DNA from: Phoronis australis
Taxonomy: Eukaryota; Animalia; Phoronida
Direction: 5' to 3'
Length of the DNA: 64,000 bases
Assembly (NCBI GenBank): GCA_002633005.1
Contig: NMRA01000150.1
Span: 592,453-656,452, forward strand
Shown: positions 62,452 through 64,000 of the stretch, one piece after another
Numbering within the stretch: position 1 is the stretch's first letter
Layout of the letters: each line of letters begins with the position of its first letter
Notes under the pieces: model-generated
The model's database searches: none
What the model saw: the letters and a program-made list of their open reading frames with translations, nothing else
Told to the model about the DNA's origin: nothing
Made by a program: the position numbers and the translations under genes

Positions 62452-62705
62452 CTACGAATAAAACTTGCTTCTTCTCAACTGCTTTGTTTGAGGTGAACTT
62501 TGCTTTTGGTTTTTGACTCTTGGAGACTGGGAATGTATTTTCTGAAAAATTTCTGGAAATTTATTGTCAGGGAACAATGTTTCAAGAATGCCTTCCAAGA
62601 AGACGTATATAAGCCTTCTATTCATCTTTCTATGTTGAAACATTTTGAAGATTCGTAAAACTCCTTTTCTTGTAGTCTCACTTCCAATTAGGTGGCGCAT
62701 TTCAT
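62452..62705 (-). CDS. SNX13: Sorting nexin-13-like, last coding exon, copy 2
   Basis: Same peptide as copy 1; one synonymous CTA/TTA difference seen. Confidence 0.88.
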
Positions 62706-62709
62706 CTGA

Positions 62710-63520
62710 AAGTAAATGGTAACAATTAGGTAATTATAGCTATCCTAATGGTAATGATAGTGAAATAATAATAATCCTAATGGTAACCATGGGTAAAAAT
62801 AGCAATCCTAATGGTAACGATGGGGGTAATACTGGCATTACTAATAATGATGAGGTAATAATAGCGATCCTAAAGGTAACAATGGGATTATTATAGCGAT
62901 CCTAATGGTAAGGATGAGGCAATAATATTGATCTTATTGAAAATGATGGGGGTAATATAAGCAATCCCAAGGGTAATGATGGGGTAATAGTAACGGTCCT
63001 CAAGGTAACAATGGGGTAATAATAGTGATGCTATGGGTGCCCATAGGGTAATAGTAATGATCCTAATGGTAAAAATGGGGTACTAGGTGATCTTAATGGC
63101 AACGATGGGGTAATACCGATTCTAAAAGTAACGACGGGGTAATAATAGCAACCCTAATGGTAACGATGAGGTGATAAAAGCAATCTTAAGGTAACAAATA
63201 GTAATGATGGGGGCAACAGCAACCCTAGTGGTAACAATGAGGGGTAATAATAGCAACCCTAAAGGTAACGATGGGCAATAACATTGATTCTGAGGGTAAC
63301 AATGGGATACTAATAGTGATCCTAATGGTACTCATGAGGGAATTATGGTGGTTTTAATGGCAACTGATTGGGAAATAATTGTGGCCCAAATGGAAACAAC
63401 AGGGTAATATTGATCCTAAAGGTAACAACAGCGTAATAACAGAAATCCTAATGGTAACGATGGAGGTAATAATATCGATCCTAAGGGTAACCATAGGGTA
63501 ATAATAGCAATCCCAATCTT
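62710..63520. repeat. Degenerate minisatellite abutting the SNX13 last-exon acceptor (also 60062-60422)
   Basis: ATCCTAATGGTAACGATGGGGTAATAATAGC-like units. Confidence 0.85.
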
Positions 63521-63859
63521 ATTCCCAGTACAATGGTTTATGACCCTACAAAACTATACAAAAATGATAATAATACACAGTATGACATGTATATTGGTTC
63601 CTCAATTCATCATACAATGTCCATTTTAATAATATGTTGCTTATCTTTCATGTCAATGTGCTTATATCTCATCAGTAATCCTGTATGTCTGTCTCCATTA
63701 GTACGTTTTGGATAGCACAACTGAATCTGCCCACACACGTGAACATTTAACAGGCTTAGATTTCAATAATTAAGTTGTTTTTGTACAAATTCAACATATG
63801 CAGTTTAACCAGAGATTACAAAAATATTACTTCATCCATTTTTGTCAGGCAACAACTAC

Positions 63860-64000
63860 CACTTAGTGCAAATAGTTATTGACAACTAACACTTAGTGCA
63901 GATAGTTATCGACAACTAACACTTAGTGCAGATAGTTATCGATAACTAACACTTAGTGCAGATAGTTATCGACAACACTTAGTGCAGATAGTTATCGACA
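63860..64000. repeat. Minisatellite, 30-bp unit, runs off the window
   Basis: ACTTAGTGCAGATAGTTATCGACAACTAAC. Confidence 0.88.

Overview
AT-rich animal (invertebrate-type) genomic DNA with three N-gaps; not prokaryotic, and most listed ORFs are repeat or gap artefacts. The window is dominated by one complete multi-exon gene on +, a receptor protein tyrosine phosphatase of the Ptp99A/R5 type: signal-like N-terminus, Ser/Thr-rich stalk, one Ig domain, three FN3 domains, a TM helix, an active D1 and a pseudophosphatase D2. I reconstructed 26 coding exon positions by hand, all GT-AG and phase-compatible, giving about 1188 aa from 2227 to 54732. Convergent on - is the last coding exon of a SNX13-like sorting nexin, present twice around a gap (probably two haplotypes). 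The introns hold P-, hAT- and pogo-like non-autonomous DNA elements (one with a decayed two-exon THAP gene), a Helentron/HINE-like family rich in CTCF-like motifs, LINE and Penelope fragments, and many minisatellites. Top observations: (1) a pair of homologous, frame-incompatible and so mutually exclusive juxtamembrane exons, one with a YxN motif; (2) a gene-wide pattern of tandem repeats that sit on and copy splice donors or acceptors; (3) HINE-like elements dispersing CTCF-like motifs, with one apparent presence/absence insertion. Coordinates were counted by eye, so repeat edges are approximate.
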